From the IMG/VR virus record IMGVR_UViG_3300042691_031247: a stretch of 64,000 nt of DNA. One strand, given 5' to 3'. A program made the position numbers and the translations under genes. This DNA is from a virus (taxonomy: Duplodnaviria; Caudoviricetes). Positions 23,528 to 32,739 of this stretch are shown here, piece after piece. Position 1 is the first letter of the stretch; the number at the start of each line of letters is the position of its first letter. Under the pieces are notes generated by a model, which made no database searches, was not told the origin of the DNA, and saw nothing but the letters and a program-made list of their open reading frames with translations.

Positions 23528-23737
23528 TCAATTCAACCGCATGATTCGGCGTGACGAGCTAAACTCGGCACGACAGGGGCAGCGGTCAGTAAAAACTTCT
23601 TCTGAAACTGGTACGTAAACAACTTTTGTTTTATACGCACACCGCCGTTCTGTTTCCCTAGGCGACCAGCCGCGCCGTATTTCTCGTGCGCGTTGAGCAA
23701 TTTCTTCTTCTGTCGGCGGCGGCACACGGGCGGCCAT
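23528..23737 (-). CDS. small hypothetical protein (planctomycete-type PTxEEI...W motif)
   Basis: PPPTEEEIAQRAREIRRGWSPRETERR; AGGAG RBS. Confidence 0.65.
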   Translation of the reverse strand: MAARVPPPTEEEIAQRAREIRRGWSPRETERRCAYKTKVVYVPVSEEVFTDRCPCRAEFSSSRRIMRLN

Positions 23738-23746
23738 ATTTTCTCC

Positions 23747-24142
23747 TTAGCCGTAAAGTTTGAAAATCTTGCGCTGCTTCGGTGTCGCGTCAACTGGTGT
23801 TTTGGTAACTGCGGGAGCTGTTGCAGACGGAATAACGCGCGTTACGTGCGCCGCCAACCGCTCGCGAAACTGCAGACTCACTAGCTCGTCGTGACGCCTG
23901 CGAGCCTCCGCGCGAAAATACTCCATGCGCGTTTTTCGTTCGGCCAACCACACACGTTCACGCATGAAATCAAATCGCAACCAGAGCAAAAACAATACGC
24001 CAATGACAAGCGCACCAATAGCTCCGGTTGGATCAGATTTGAACGCGCGACCCGTGACAGGTTGCTCAACACGTACGACTGTTGTTGAGTCCGTGTTTAG
24101 TTGCATAACACGCGGCACAAGCCGGGAGATACTTTTCTTCAC
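23747..24142 (-). CDS. single-TM hypothetical protein
   Basis: hydrophobic segment AIGALVIGVLFLLWL. Confidence 0.55.
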   Translation of the reverse strand: MKKSISRLVPRVMQLNTDSTTVVRVEQPVTGRAFKSDPTGAIGALVIGVLFLLWLRFDFMRERVWLAERKTRMEYFRAEARRRHDELVSLQFRERLAAHVTRVIPSATAPAVTKTPVDATPKQRKIFKLYG

Positions 24143-24647
24143 AGCCGAGTTCTACAGATGGGCCGTCCAGCGTGGGGCAGCCGTCGCACAGCTTAAGGTT
24201 AAACACAGCTTTGCGCAAGCAGAATGTGCACGTTGTTTTGACTTCTTCAATCGAGTCCGCAAGTTCGAGCAGGCGCTGTGAAGCTGGGAAGAGTTGCCGA
24301 CGAAAATCTGTCCGCAGGCCGTAACAAATCACCGGAACACCAGCATCCGCGGCAGAACGAAATTGGTCAATATCAGCTGCACATAAAAACTGCGCTTCAT
24401 CGACGAGGATGCACGCGACATCTGTAAGCGCCGGAAGAACAAGCTGGTCAGATGCTGGTACGACAATGTCTGCCGGCATTTCAAGCCCGGCGCGCGTTTT
24501 TATGATATCTGCGCCAAACCTAGTATCGACGGCGGGTTTGACGAGTACGACTTTTTTGCCCTGCTGCCGGTAGTTGTGCGCGACAGCAAGAAGATTTAGT
24601 GTTTTAGCGCTGCCGACAGTACCGTACCGAAAATAAAGTTTAGCCAT
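24066..24647 (-). CDS. tdk: thymidine kinase
   Basis: LYFRYGTVGSAKT, ILVDEAQF, YGLRTDF and Zn-binding Cys pairs. Confidence 0.95.
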   Translation of the reverse strand: MAKLYFRYGTVGSAKTLNLLAVAHNYRQQGKKVVLVKPAVDTRFGADIIKTRAGLEMPADIVVPASDQLVLPALTDVACILVDEAQFLCAADIDQFRSAADAGVPVICYGLRTDFRRQLFPASQRLLELADSIEEVKTTCTFCLRKAVFNLKLCDGCPTLDGPSVELGCEEKYLPACAACYATKHGLNNSRTC

Positions 24648-24658
24648 TTTTATGCGGG

Positions 24659-25111
24659 TCACTGGCAGAAACGAATCTTAAAGTCAGCGCTCATACCGAA
24701 ACCGTAATTGTCTTTAGTGGCCAGCGTAAACGTGCGGCTTTCGGCTGTAAAGCAATATTCCATGTCGTGTGCGCCGTTGCACGGATTACCACCAAACGGG
24801 AATTCGTTTGGCCGCACGACCTCGCCGTTCAAAACAAGATCGTCGTTGACCGAGCCTTGCAGGTGCACGGTAACCGGCAGCGGAATACTAGACGGAATGG
24901 TAAATGTTTCCTCGCCGCGGATGTACGTAAACGAACAAAACGGCCCAAGATAGTCGGTCGATTCTTGGTATTTGTACTCCAGCTCTTCTGAATAAAATGC
25001 GGAGCACTCGCAGGGCGGGCAACAACACGGCTCCGAGCTAGAAACGACGAGTGGGCCGCCACAACCCGCGACGCGCAAGAGGCCGTTGATAACCGTGAGT
25101 TCTGGCGCCAC
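24659..25111 (-). CDS. Cys-rich hypothetical protein, probably tail associated
   Basis: CCCPPCEC cluster; lies at the edge of the fibre module. Confidence 0.65.
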   Translation of the reverse strand: MAPELTVINGLLRVAGCGGPLVVSSSEPCCCPPCECSAFYSEELEYKYQESTDYLGPFCSFTYIRGEETFTIPSSIPLPVTVHLQGSVNDDLVLNGEVVRPNEFPFGGNPCNGAHDMEYCFTAESRTFTLATKDNYGFGMSADFKIRFCQ

Positions 25112-25117
25112 AGCAAA

Positions 25118-26152
25118 TTACGCGTGTTCAAGGAGAATAGCGTCAACTAACGCCGCACCGTGCCCGCACAAAATGTAGCCAATAACGGTCGTGCCGCTGG
25201 TTAAACGCTGCCCTAATTGCGCGTCAGAGAACGCGTAAATATCACGCAACCGCCCGATAATGTTATCGGACGATAAACTACGGTACAGAATTGGTACACG
25301 AGCAAACTGCCCAGACCGCGTTTTTAGAGTTGTAGCCGTCGGCGTGACGGCAAATTGAAACGTGGTATTCAAAAGCATAACTGTTGATGTGTTCGGCGCG
25401 AACACGGCTGCGCATGCGTTTTCGTCGTACGTGGTCGAGACGCCGTTCCAGTTACTGGATAAAAAGCGATTACAGCCGTTCACGTTATTGCATGTCGGAT
25501 TGTAACCGTCGGTCCAAAACGTGTGGCTGATCGTTCGCGACCTGCCGGAGCGAATAACGCCGTACAACTTACCGTCGGATTCTGAGTCTACAACCGTGTC
25601 GGTCGACTCCGAGTCAAGGATCGCACCGGCGATAAACCCATACGTTGTAGTACTGGTAGCGTTTGTTGCGACGACTGCGATCGCGTCTTTTGCTTCCCAT
25701 AGATATACAACGCCGCTACCGTTTGCGGTCAACCACCATTTACCCCAGCCAAACACTTGCCCGCCGGCAAAAGGATCAACACTGTTCCATGTTGTACCCG
25801 TCGGTGTGCCGGCGCCAGCGTTTTTCACGAGATTTACCATCATCGTGTTTGTTGTATAGCTTTCGCCGCCTTGCATAGTAATTGACGGCGTTGAATCAGT
25901 GCCCGCAATCATAATGCGCTGATTGAGCGTGTTTGTCGGCGTTGCGCAATACAAGCACTCTGTTTGGCCGCGCGTAACTTTCGTCCATGTACCTGCCGAC
26001 GCAGAGCCTGCGGTGCGTATTGTGCCGTCGTTGTATGTTGTACGCGTGGCCAGATCAAAAATAGCGTCGAGCAACTGCGCACATGTCGCCGTGCTACCGG
26101 AACCAAATCCGACAGAACCAACATAACGCCAATTGATATGTTCTACACTCAT
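25118..26152 (-). CDS. putative virion structural protein
   Basis: Thr/Gly/Ser-rich beta composition within the fibre module. Confidence 0.65.
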   Translation of the reverse strand: MSVEHINWRYVGSVGFGSGSTATCAQLLDAIFDLATRTTYNDGTIRTAGSASAGTWTKVTRGQTECLYCATPTNTLNQRIMIAGTDSTPSITMQGGESYTTNTMMVNLVKNAGAGTPTGTTWNSVDPFAGGQVFGWGKWWLTANGSGVVYLWEAKDAIAVVATNATSTTTYGFIAGAILDSESTDTVVDSESDGKLYGVIRSGRSRTISHTFWTDGYNPTCNNVNGCNRFLSSNWNGVSTTYDENACAAVFAPNTSTVMLLNTTFQFAVTPTATTLKTRSGQFARVPILYRSLSSDNIIGRLRDIYAFSDAQLGQRLTSGTTVIGYILCGHGAALVDAILLEHA

Positions 26153-26490
26153 GAGAGACTTCCTCCGCTTAGTTTGTACGAATTAAATTTTATACTTGTC
26201 CGATTAAGTTCTAGTGTAGTACCTGTTGTTGGTATTTTTACTGCCGGTTCAAATTTGATGTAATTACACGCGTGTATCGTATGCGCACCAAACCGAATAT
26301 GCGCGCCGTTTATTTCAATAATCGTGTCGGCCGGCATCAAGTTTAACGTAGATTGTCCGCCATTCAATTCCAGCGGCCATAACCGAAAACGCCGCGCGTC
26401 ATACAACTCACTTAGCCGCCAAATACCGGCAGCTTTACCTTCTGTAGGGTATAGGTCTGAGCCAATCCGGCCGCCAGTTCTGCCAAGCAT
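26149..26490 (-). CDS. small tail-associated protein
   Basis: GGRIG...AAGIWRLSE motif typical of phage fibre accessory proteins. Confidence 0.6.
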   Translation of the reverse strand: MLGRTGGRIGSDLYPTEGKAAGIWRLSELYDARRFRLWPLELNGGQSTLNLMPADTIIEINGAHIRFGAHTIHACNYIKFEPAVKIPTTGTTLELNRTSIKFNSYKLSGGSLS

Positions 26491-26846
26491 TAGCCGACCT
26501 CTTCAAAACTACAGACGGCGTCGAGCGCCGAATTTGCAGAAGCCGTTAATCTTAGCGCGTCGCCCTCGACGATGTAGAAGGGGTTTTCTTTCGCGATAAC
26601 TACAAGTGAAGATTGCGGCGGGACTGGAATCAACCGCGCGATGTGCGCCGCCGTGCCAGAGCGAAAAATATCCGCCGTGATGTTCGCCACGTTATTTGAC
26701 ACGTTTGTGACGATTAGTGCGTTGATTTTTAAAACTTTGTTGCTGTTAGCGGCGTTACTGGCAATCGCGGTAGGCGTGGTTGTCACTTGTTGCAACGTTG
26801 TGCGACCGTAAACAGACGCTGCGGTAACAATATTTGGGTTAGCCAT
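26490..26846 (-). CDS. conserved small virion protein (MANPNI... family)
   Basis: MANPNIV...KINALIVTNV...EGDALRLTASANS.LD..CSFEE. Confidence 0.75.
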   Translation of the reverse strand: MANPNIVTAASVYGRTTLQQVTTTPTAIASNAANSNKVLKINALIVTNVSNNVANITADIFRSGTAAHIARLIPVPPQSSLVVIAKENPFYIVEGDALRLTASANSALDAVCSFEEVG

Positions 26847-26922
26847 ATGACACCTACAAGTCGCTCATAATAATCGGTAATGTTGAGTTACGCAATACGC
26901 GATATTTGACTAATGCCGCGCA

Positions 26923-29463
26923 TTAACTAAATAAAATTGACGGCCAAATAGCCACTGGGCCTGTGGGGCCTGTAGGGCCAGATGGGCCGCCGGATGGCCC
27001 TGTTGGACCAACCGGTCCGGTTGCGCCTGTTTCACCAAACGGACCTGTTGGCCCGCTCGCGCCTGTCGGACCGGTGACGCCAGTCGGTCCAGTTGTTCCC
27101 TGCGGACCTGTTGGTCCAGTTGGGCCTTCAACACCTGTCGCGCCATCTGGTCCAATGGGCCCAGTCGCGCCCTCGGGGCCGTCTGGTCCGGTTGCGCCTT
27201 GTGCCGCTAACACCGGCACGCCACCGATTAAAATAACATCTTGGTACTCAGTCGATTCAACGGTTGGCGCTGGACCTGTCGGGCCTGTTGGGCCATCCGG
27301 GCCAGAGGCGCCCGTCGGTCCTGTTGCGCCCTGTGCCGCAGCAACAGGAACGCCGCCGATTAAAATAACATCAGGTTCTTCTGTTGCTTCTACAGTAGGC
27401 GCGGGGCCGGTAGGTCCGCTTGGCCCGCGCGGGCCAACTTGTCCGCGAAGTCCTGTAGGTCCTTCTGGTCCTGACGGCCCGGACGGACCGACGGGCCCCG
27501 TTGGTCCGGTCGCGCCTTGTGCAGCAACAACAGGGACGCCGCCGATTAACAAAACGTCCGGCTCTTCAGTCGCTTCAACCAGCGGAGCCGGCCCTGTCGG
27601 GCCAGTTGCGCCGTCCGCGCCAGTTGGACCATCGGCACCCGTTGCGCCGGCTTCGCCGTTTGGTCCTTGTACGCCGTTTAAACCGCGCTGGCCTGTTAAA
27701 CCTCTGGGGCCAGTCGAACCAGTCGCGCCCTGTACAGCGACAATCGGCACGCCGCCAATTAAAACAACTTCAGGAAACTCTGTCGGCTCTACAAGCGGCG
27801 GCGGACCGGCCGGGCCGGTTGGACCTGACGGCCCGGATGGCCCGCTCGGGCCGAGAGGGCCTTGTATACCCTGCGGGCCTTGCAACCCAATAACACCCTG
27901 TATACCGGTCGCGCCTTGTGGTCCGGGCGTGCCTTGTATGCCTTGTATACCTGTCGCGCCCGTCGCGCCAAGCGAGCCAGTAACACCTGTCGCACCTTGC
28001 GGGCCGCTTGCGCCTGTTGGACCCTGAATACCGGTTGGGCCGGTGGGGCCTTCTGGTCCAGTAGGCCCTATTACACCAGTTGCGCCAATCTCTCCTTGCG
28101 GTCCCGTTGGTCCGGTAGCACCCGGCGGGCCGACAACACGACCAATGTTTTGCCACGTTGTTCCGGTCCACGTATACGCAACGCCTTCAGCGGCGTTCAC
28201 AGGGAGATCTTCGTCTGTTAACGCGTCTACGCCGATGATCCACGTATCGCCGATCACGGGCGTCCCAGCAGGCGGCCAGCTTTGCGTCGTTCCGTAAAAC
28301 CGAACACCTACACCTGTTGCGCCGGTTGTACCAACCGGACCCGTCGCGCCCGTTGCGCCCGGATCGCCTTGCGGCCCGTCGTCGCCAACGTCGCCCTGCG
28401 GCCCTTGCGGTCCAGTCGCGCCCTGCGGACCAGTTGCGCCGTCAATACCGTTTATTCCGTTTGTGCCGGCGACGCCCGTCGCACCTTGCGGCCCGCTCGC
28501 GCCTGTAGGGCCGGCAATGCCTGTGGCGCCAAGTTCGCCTTGTGGTCCTGTCGGACCTTGCGTGCCTGTGGCACCAGTCGGGCCTGCGTCTCCAGTTAGA
28601 CCGACGTTACCCTGCGGGCCAGTGGCACCTTGTATTCCTGTAGCGCCAGTCGGCCCCTCGACACCAGTCGCTCCGACGGTGCCTTGTAAACCCTGCGGCC
28701 CTGACAGACCTTGTATACCTTGTGGCCCTTGCGGACCCGATAAACCTTGTAAGCCCTGTGGGCCTGTCGGACCCGGCAAACCCGTCGCACCAGTCGCGCC
28801 AGCGGGTCCTGTTAAACCCTGTGTGCCTGTCGGGCCGGGCTCGCCAGTCAAACCAGTCGCACCAGTCGCACCGAGCGATCCAGTCGCACCAGTAGCTCCG
28901 AAAGCGCCCGTCGGGCCTTGTATACCAGCTGAGCCGGCGAACCCGCGCGGGCCTGTCTCACCTTGCGGCCCCGTCGCGCCTGTTGCACCGCTGCTGCCTT
29001 GTGCGCCGCTAGCGCCAGTCGCGCCGGCCGGACCTGTGGCGCCAGTCGGGCCGCGAATACCAGTTGCGCCCGTCGCGCCACTGATGCCAGAGACACCAGC
29101 AGCGCCTTGCAGGCCAGTAGCGCCTGTGGGGCCTGCCGCGCCGGCTAGACCCGGCACACCAGTGGCGCCGGATTCGCCGGCAGGGCCAGCGACACCCGTT
29201 GCGCCGCGAGCCCCAGTTGGACCCATGGCGCCCACCATACCCGCGGAACCTTGCGGGCCGGTAGCGCCCGCAGGGCCGGTCACGCCGGTAGCGCCCCGAA
29301 CACCAGTTGCACCTTGCGAGACGAGATTCAGCGCGGCCAGCAGATTGCCGACCGTTGTCTTTTTAGTGGTAGGAAGATCTGCCTGCTGATCAACGATTGC
29401 TATTAAATCGTCGGGGCCCGGTATTGGTTTACTGGGCAGGTCAGATATGCGCTTTTTAGCCAT
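26923..29463 (-). CDS. collagen-like fibre protein
   Basis: hundreds of Gly-X-Y triplets, one globular interruption and four IGGVP interruptions. Confidence 0.92.
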   Translation of the reverse strand: MAKKRISDLPSKPIPGPDDLIAIVDQQADLPTTKKTTVGNLLAALNLVSQGATGVRGATGVTGPAGATGPQGSAGMVGAMGPTGARGATGVAGPAGESGATGVPGLAGAAGPTGATGLQGAAGVSGISGATGATGIRGPTGATGPAGATGASGAQGSSGATGATGPQGETGPRGFAGSAGIQGPTGAFGATGATGSLGATGATGLTGEPGPTGTQGLTGPAGATGATGLPGPTGPQGLQGLSGPQGPQGIQGLSGPQGLQGTVGATGVEGPTGATGIQGATGPQGNVGLTGDAGPTGATGTQGPTGPQGELGATGIAGPTGASGPQGATGVAGTNGINGIDGATGPQGATGPQGPQGDVGDDGPQGDPGATGATGPVGTTGATGVGVRFYGTTQSWPPAGTPVIGDTWIIGVDALTDEDLPVNAAEGVAYTWTGTTWQNIGRVVGPPGATGPTGPQGEIGATGVIGPTGPEGPTGPTGIQGPTGASGPQGATGVTGSLGATGATGIQGIQGTPGPQGATGIQGVIGLQGPQGIQGPLGPSGPSGPSGPTGPAGPPPLVEPTEFPEVVLIGGVPIVAVQGATGSTGPRGLTGQRGLNGVQGPNGEAGATGADGPTGADGATGPTGPAPLVEATEEPDVLLIGGVPVVAAQGATGPTGPVGPSGPSGPEGPTGLRGQVGPRGPSGPTGPAPTVEATEEPDVILIGGVPVAAAQGATGPTGASGPDGPTGPTGPAPTVESTEYQDVILIGGVPVLAAQGATGPDGPEGATGPIGPDGATGVEGPTGPTGPQGTTGPTGVTGPTGASGPTGPFGETGATGPVGPTGPSGGPSGPTGPTGPVAIWPSILFS

Positions 29464-29518
29464 CGTGCTATCCCTGCAGACAGAATGCCTGCCCTATAAA
29501 ATAGCATATTTCGGCTAA

Positions 29519-29782
29519 TCAGTCGTTGTCCCGCGACTCAATCTTTTCGAACAATTTGTTTAGCCGATAATCGCTGGAATAACCCGAGTAAGTGCCGCGT
29601 AAAACACGCGACAGACTCGGGCTGCGCCGCGGATGAAACCGATAGCGACGAAACCGCAGGATCGATTTGTGCCGATAGGGCATTTTCGGAAGTTTGTTAT
29701 ACCAGTAGATTTTCCGCGCCGCCCAATAACCAATAGCGCCGACAACGCAACCAGATAAAAAACAGGCAATCAGCGGAGTCAT
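29519..29782 (-). CDS. small membrane-anchored basic protein
   Basis: GAGG RBS; N-terminal transmembrane segment. Confidence 0.55.
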   Translation of the reverse strand: MTPLIACFLSGCVVGAIGYWAARKIYWYNKLPKMPYRHKSILRFRRYRFHPRRSPSLSRVLRGTYSGYSSDYRLNKLFEKIESRDND

Positions 29783-29802
29783 GGTTTCCCTCGACGGTTT
29801 AG

Positions 29803-29949
29803 TTATTTAGCCGATAACTGGTACATAGCCACATTGCTGACGGCGTAACAGAAGAACGCCAACCCGAGCCACGGATTATTTTTCCAACACTGCTCGGCGG
29901 CGGCATATGCGTAAATCGCCGACACCACTAGAAGCAACCAGCCGCTCAT
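29803..29949 (-). CDS. 48-aa membrane protein (MSGWLLLVVSAIYAYAAEQCWKNNPWLGLAFFCYAVSNVAMYQLSAK)
   Basis: translated by hand; below the ORF-track cutoff; two hydrophobic helices. Confidence 0.65.
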   Translation of the reverse strand: MSGWLLLVVSAIYAYAAAEQCWKNNPWLGLAFFCYAVSNVAMYQLSAK

Positions 29950-29959
29950 ATCACCACTT

Positions 29960-30004
29960 AAAAAAAGACCCGCCGAGTGAGCATCGTTGAGAGGCCCGGC
30001 GGGT
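29960..30004 (-). terminator. intrinsic terminator ending the fibre operon
   Basis: acccgccg/cggcgggt stem followed by T7 on the minus strand. Confidence 0.7.
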
Positions 30005-30028
30005 TTGCTGCGTTAAATTCAAAGCAAC

Positions 30029-30403
30029 TCAGGCAGTCGGCGGTGTCGGCTGTACGGACGGGGGAATAGCCGGGGCCGGAGGCGGTGTGATTGTCACAGT
30101 ACCGTCAGCGTTGTACGTGAACTGCCCAACCATAGCTGCGCCTTCTTGAATCGCTTCGGGCCGAACTTCAGCGATTAAGGCGCCGAGCTTTGCGTGCAAC
30201 TGAAACACTTCAACCGCGTCTGTACCAAGCGCGGCCGCGATTTGCGAGGGGGACGCCTGCGGGTTACGCCAAAACTGCTTGGCGCCCTGATTAAACGCCG
30301 TCACCATGCTTTGAAACGTGGTGCGCGCTTGCTGCTTGATCTGGTTCGCTTGGCGTTGAGCCGGCGTGAGTTCGTTGACGACTGGGGTATCGAGAATGCT
30401 CAT
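30029..30403 (-). CDS. hypothetical protein
   Basis: GGAG RBS; Pro-rich tail. Confidence 0.75.
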   Translation of the reverse strand: MSILDTPVVNELTPAQRQANQIKQQARTTFQSMVTAFNQGAKQFWRNPQASPSQIAAALGTDAVEVFQLHAKLGALIAEVRPEAIQEGAAMVGQFTYNADGTVTITPPPAPAIPPSVQPTPPTA

Positions 30404-30459
30404 GAGTTTGCTCCATTAGGTGTTATCAGTATACCTGCCAACACAAGTTTGCTCAACCG

Positions 30460-32733
30460 CTACACAATGGTTGGGACGCGCCCGGCAGTAGTGCGCAAAT
30501 AATTGAGATTGAAGAAATCTGGTCGAACCTTTATGGCGCGATACCACACGTTTGGTAGTTGCATTTCAAATACAACACCCTGATTCACGCCAGTCGTCGA
30601 AAAGTTAAATTCTACGGTATTTGGGTTGTCCCCGTGTAAAAGCAACGTACCTGAATACGTTGTGTCATTCGCTTTCAAAAACGTATACGACCCGCAACAA
30701 TCAGTGTTGCCGTACGGCGATGCTCCGTGCGCCCGAACAATCGCCAGAGAATTCGCAAGATCTATTTCGTATACAACGCCCCGGTGCGGCCTACCAGAGC
30801 ACGATTGGTTGTCTGAAATAGAGACAATATCGTTGCCGGGTGTCAGCGGCGGGAAATCTACGTGCCAGCGGGCGTCGTGTTGGGAATCTGTACCGTTATA
30901 CGGACTACCGGAAACACTAGGCTCACCTTGCGGTGTCAGCCACTTCGTGTTCTGCGTCATATTCGCTTTGATAACTGGCGCGAGTTCGCCGCCGTAGCAA
31001 TAGCCGGAACCAGATATAATCCAAATAATATCTTTTGTCTCGTAGTCAATAGCGAACACTGCGCCGTTGTGCCGGCAGCTGACCACGATATTGCCGGTCA
31101 CAGGATTGACGTCTACAGAGTTGAGGTGGAAGTAGTCCGAATAAGTGGTGTTAAAGTAATCGTCGCTCCACCATTCCCATACGATCTGGCCCTGCGGGCT
31201 TTGCTCTTGGATATAAAAACCCGTGCTGTCGTAAGACTCATATATGACATTACCTTTGCGCGTGCCGGGTCCTTTTACGGCGTGAGACTCGTGAATTTCC
31301 CACGTGTGATAGCCGCCACGCGTGTCGGGATTAATCATCGTATAAGGCTTGGCCGTTAAATCGTTCAAGCCAATATTAATGTCCCAGCGTGGTGCGCTGT
31401 TTGTAGTGCCGTTGGTCATCAGTTTGTTTTTGTCCCACCCGGCGTGCAAACTGACGACCTCTTCCAGTGAACTGTCGTTGTATGTATACCAAACAGGCAC
31501 GGCGTTTGAATCGTAAACTGCCATATACGCACCAACTGGCGCCGCAATGTAGTAGCCCGGAACATGCGCGTTTGTTTTTGTGGAGATGACGGGCAAATCC
31601 GGAAAGTCGCTCGGGAGAATGCGTACGAAATAACTCTGCGCGCCAGCTTTAATCCGCAGGGCTTTGTTAACATTAGCAGAACCCGTCACCGCAGTTCCGC
31701 CGTTGATAGTCACGGAGTAATCGCGCAGTGAGGAACTGTAAAAATCTGTATCCGACCAGACCACGTAATCGCGAATTGCGGGATTGAACGCCGGCTGCAT
31801 GCTATTGCCATCTACTGTCACGGCAAGGTTCGTGACGGCGGCGTTCGACAGAATTTCAACAAACATGTCAGAAAACAGCGGCTCTTCAGAAATAAGCTCT
31901 GTCGAAAGAACGGTGGCCGCCCACTGCACCTGATGCGCAGCTGGACCCGTCACGGTAACGGCCAGTGCTTTGTTTACACTGTCGGCGGTAACTTCGACAC
32001 CCGAATCTTCCGGCCAATCCGCCGAGATCACTTCGACAACTGGCACGCCCGAAAGGCTAATGTTGTTCGCATAGTCACGATAGATACTGCCGCGAATTGT
32101 CCACGCGCCCGACATCGTGGCGGAGATGTCATAAGCCGAAACTTTGACTTCAAACGCCCACGCCGCTCCGGGCGCTAACGTCAAATGGCTCGTCATGCCG
32201 TTAATAAACATGCGTGTCGGTGTATCAGTCTCGGTTGAGGCGCGCAGGGTGTACACAGAAAACTGCGCGTCGCCCGGAACGAAAAAACTACCAGACGCCA
32301 GCGCCAGCTGCGATTCTTTAGCCGCAACAGCGTGCTTCCCGCCAGCAACGCTATTTAAACCGCTGGCTGTGTTGTTCGTACCGCCCAGCACAACAGAATT
32401 GACGCCGCTAGCTGTGTTGTCTTGTCCGCCCACAACCGCTGACTTCGCGCCAGACGCCGTATTATCGCCGCCGCCAAGAGTAGCCGCGTTTACGGCGCTA
32501 ACGGTGTTGTTCGCGCCGCCACCAGCAAAACCGTCTGTGCCGGTGACATCGTTATTGGTGCCGGGGAGTTCGGCGCCGGTCGCGGAGTAGGCCAGTTGGT
32601 TCCACGGCGTGATACCGTCGCCATACTTGATCTTGCCCGTGTCGATCTCAAGACACGGTTCGCCCGCCGCAAGAACTTCGTTTTGACCAGCAAGATAACT
32701 TGCCGTTCCTCTTTTAATCCTTATTTCTATCAT
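30460..32733 (-). CDS. fibre-like protein: Mtd-N-like anchor, adhesin-like repeats and aryl-sulfotransferase-like beta-propeller
   Basis: IRIKRGT...LAAGEPCLEIDTGKIKYGDG..W..L.Y; DYFHLNSV, SCRH, QHDARW. Confidence 0.8.
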   Translation of the reverse strand: MIEIRIKRGTASYLAGQNEVLAAGEPCLEIDTGKIKYGDGITPWNQLAYSATGAELPGTNNDVTGTDGFAGGGANNTVSAVNAATLGGGDNTASGAKSAVVGGQDNTASGVNSVVLGGTNNTASGLNSVAGGKHAVAAKESQLALASGSFFVPGDAQFSVYTLRASTETDTPTRMFINGMTSHLTLAPGAAWAFEVKVSAYDISATMSGAWTIRGSIYRDYANNISLSGVPVVEVISADWPEDSGVEVTADSVNKALAVTVTGPAAHQVQWAATVLSTELISEEPLFSDMFVEILSNAAVTNLAVTVDGNSMQPAFNPAIRDYVVWSDTDFYSSSLRDYSVTINGGTAVTGSANVNKALRIKAGAQSYFVRILPSDFPDLPVISTKTNAHVPGYYIAAPVGAYMAVYDSNAVPVWYTYNDSSLEEVVSLHAGWDKNKLMTNGTTNSAPRWDINIGLNDLTAKPYTMINPDTRGGYHTWEIHESHAVKGPGTRKGNVIYESYDSTGFYIQEQSPQGQIVWEWWSDDYFNTTYSDYFHLNSVDVNPVTGNIVVSCRHNGAVFAIDYETKDIIWIISGSGYCYGGELAPVIKANMTQNTKWLTPQGEPSVSGSPYNGTDSQHDARWHVDFPPLTPGNDIVSISDNQSCSGRPHRGVVYEIDLANSLAIVRAHGASPYGNTDCCGSYTFLKANDTTYSGTLLLHGDNPNTVEFNFSTTGVNQGVVFEMQLPNVWYRAIKVRPDFFNLNYLRTTAGRVPTIV

Positions 32734-32739
32734 GTTTTA

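Noticed and set aside
26963-29389. Long plus-strand Pro/Val-rich ORFs (354 aa, 308 aa, and 46742-47251)
   Set aside because: They are antisense shadows of the Gly-X-Y collagen repeats, with no RBS or independent features.
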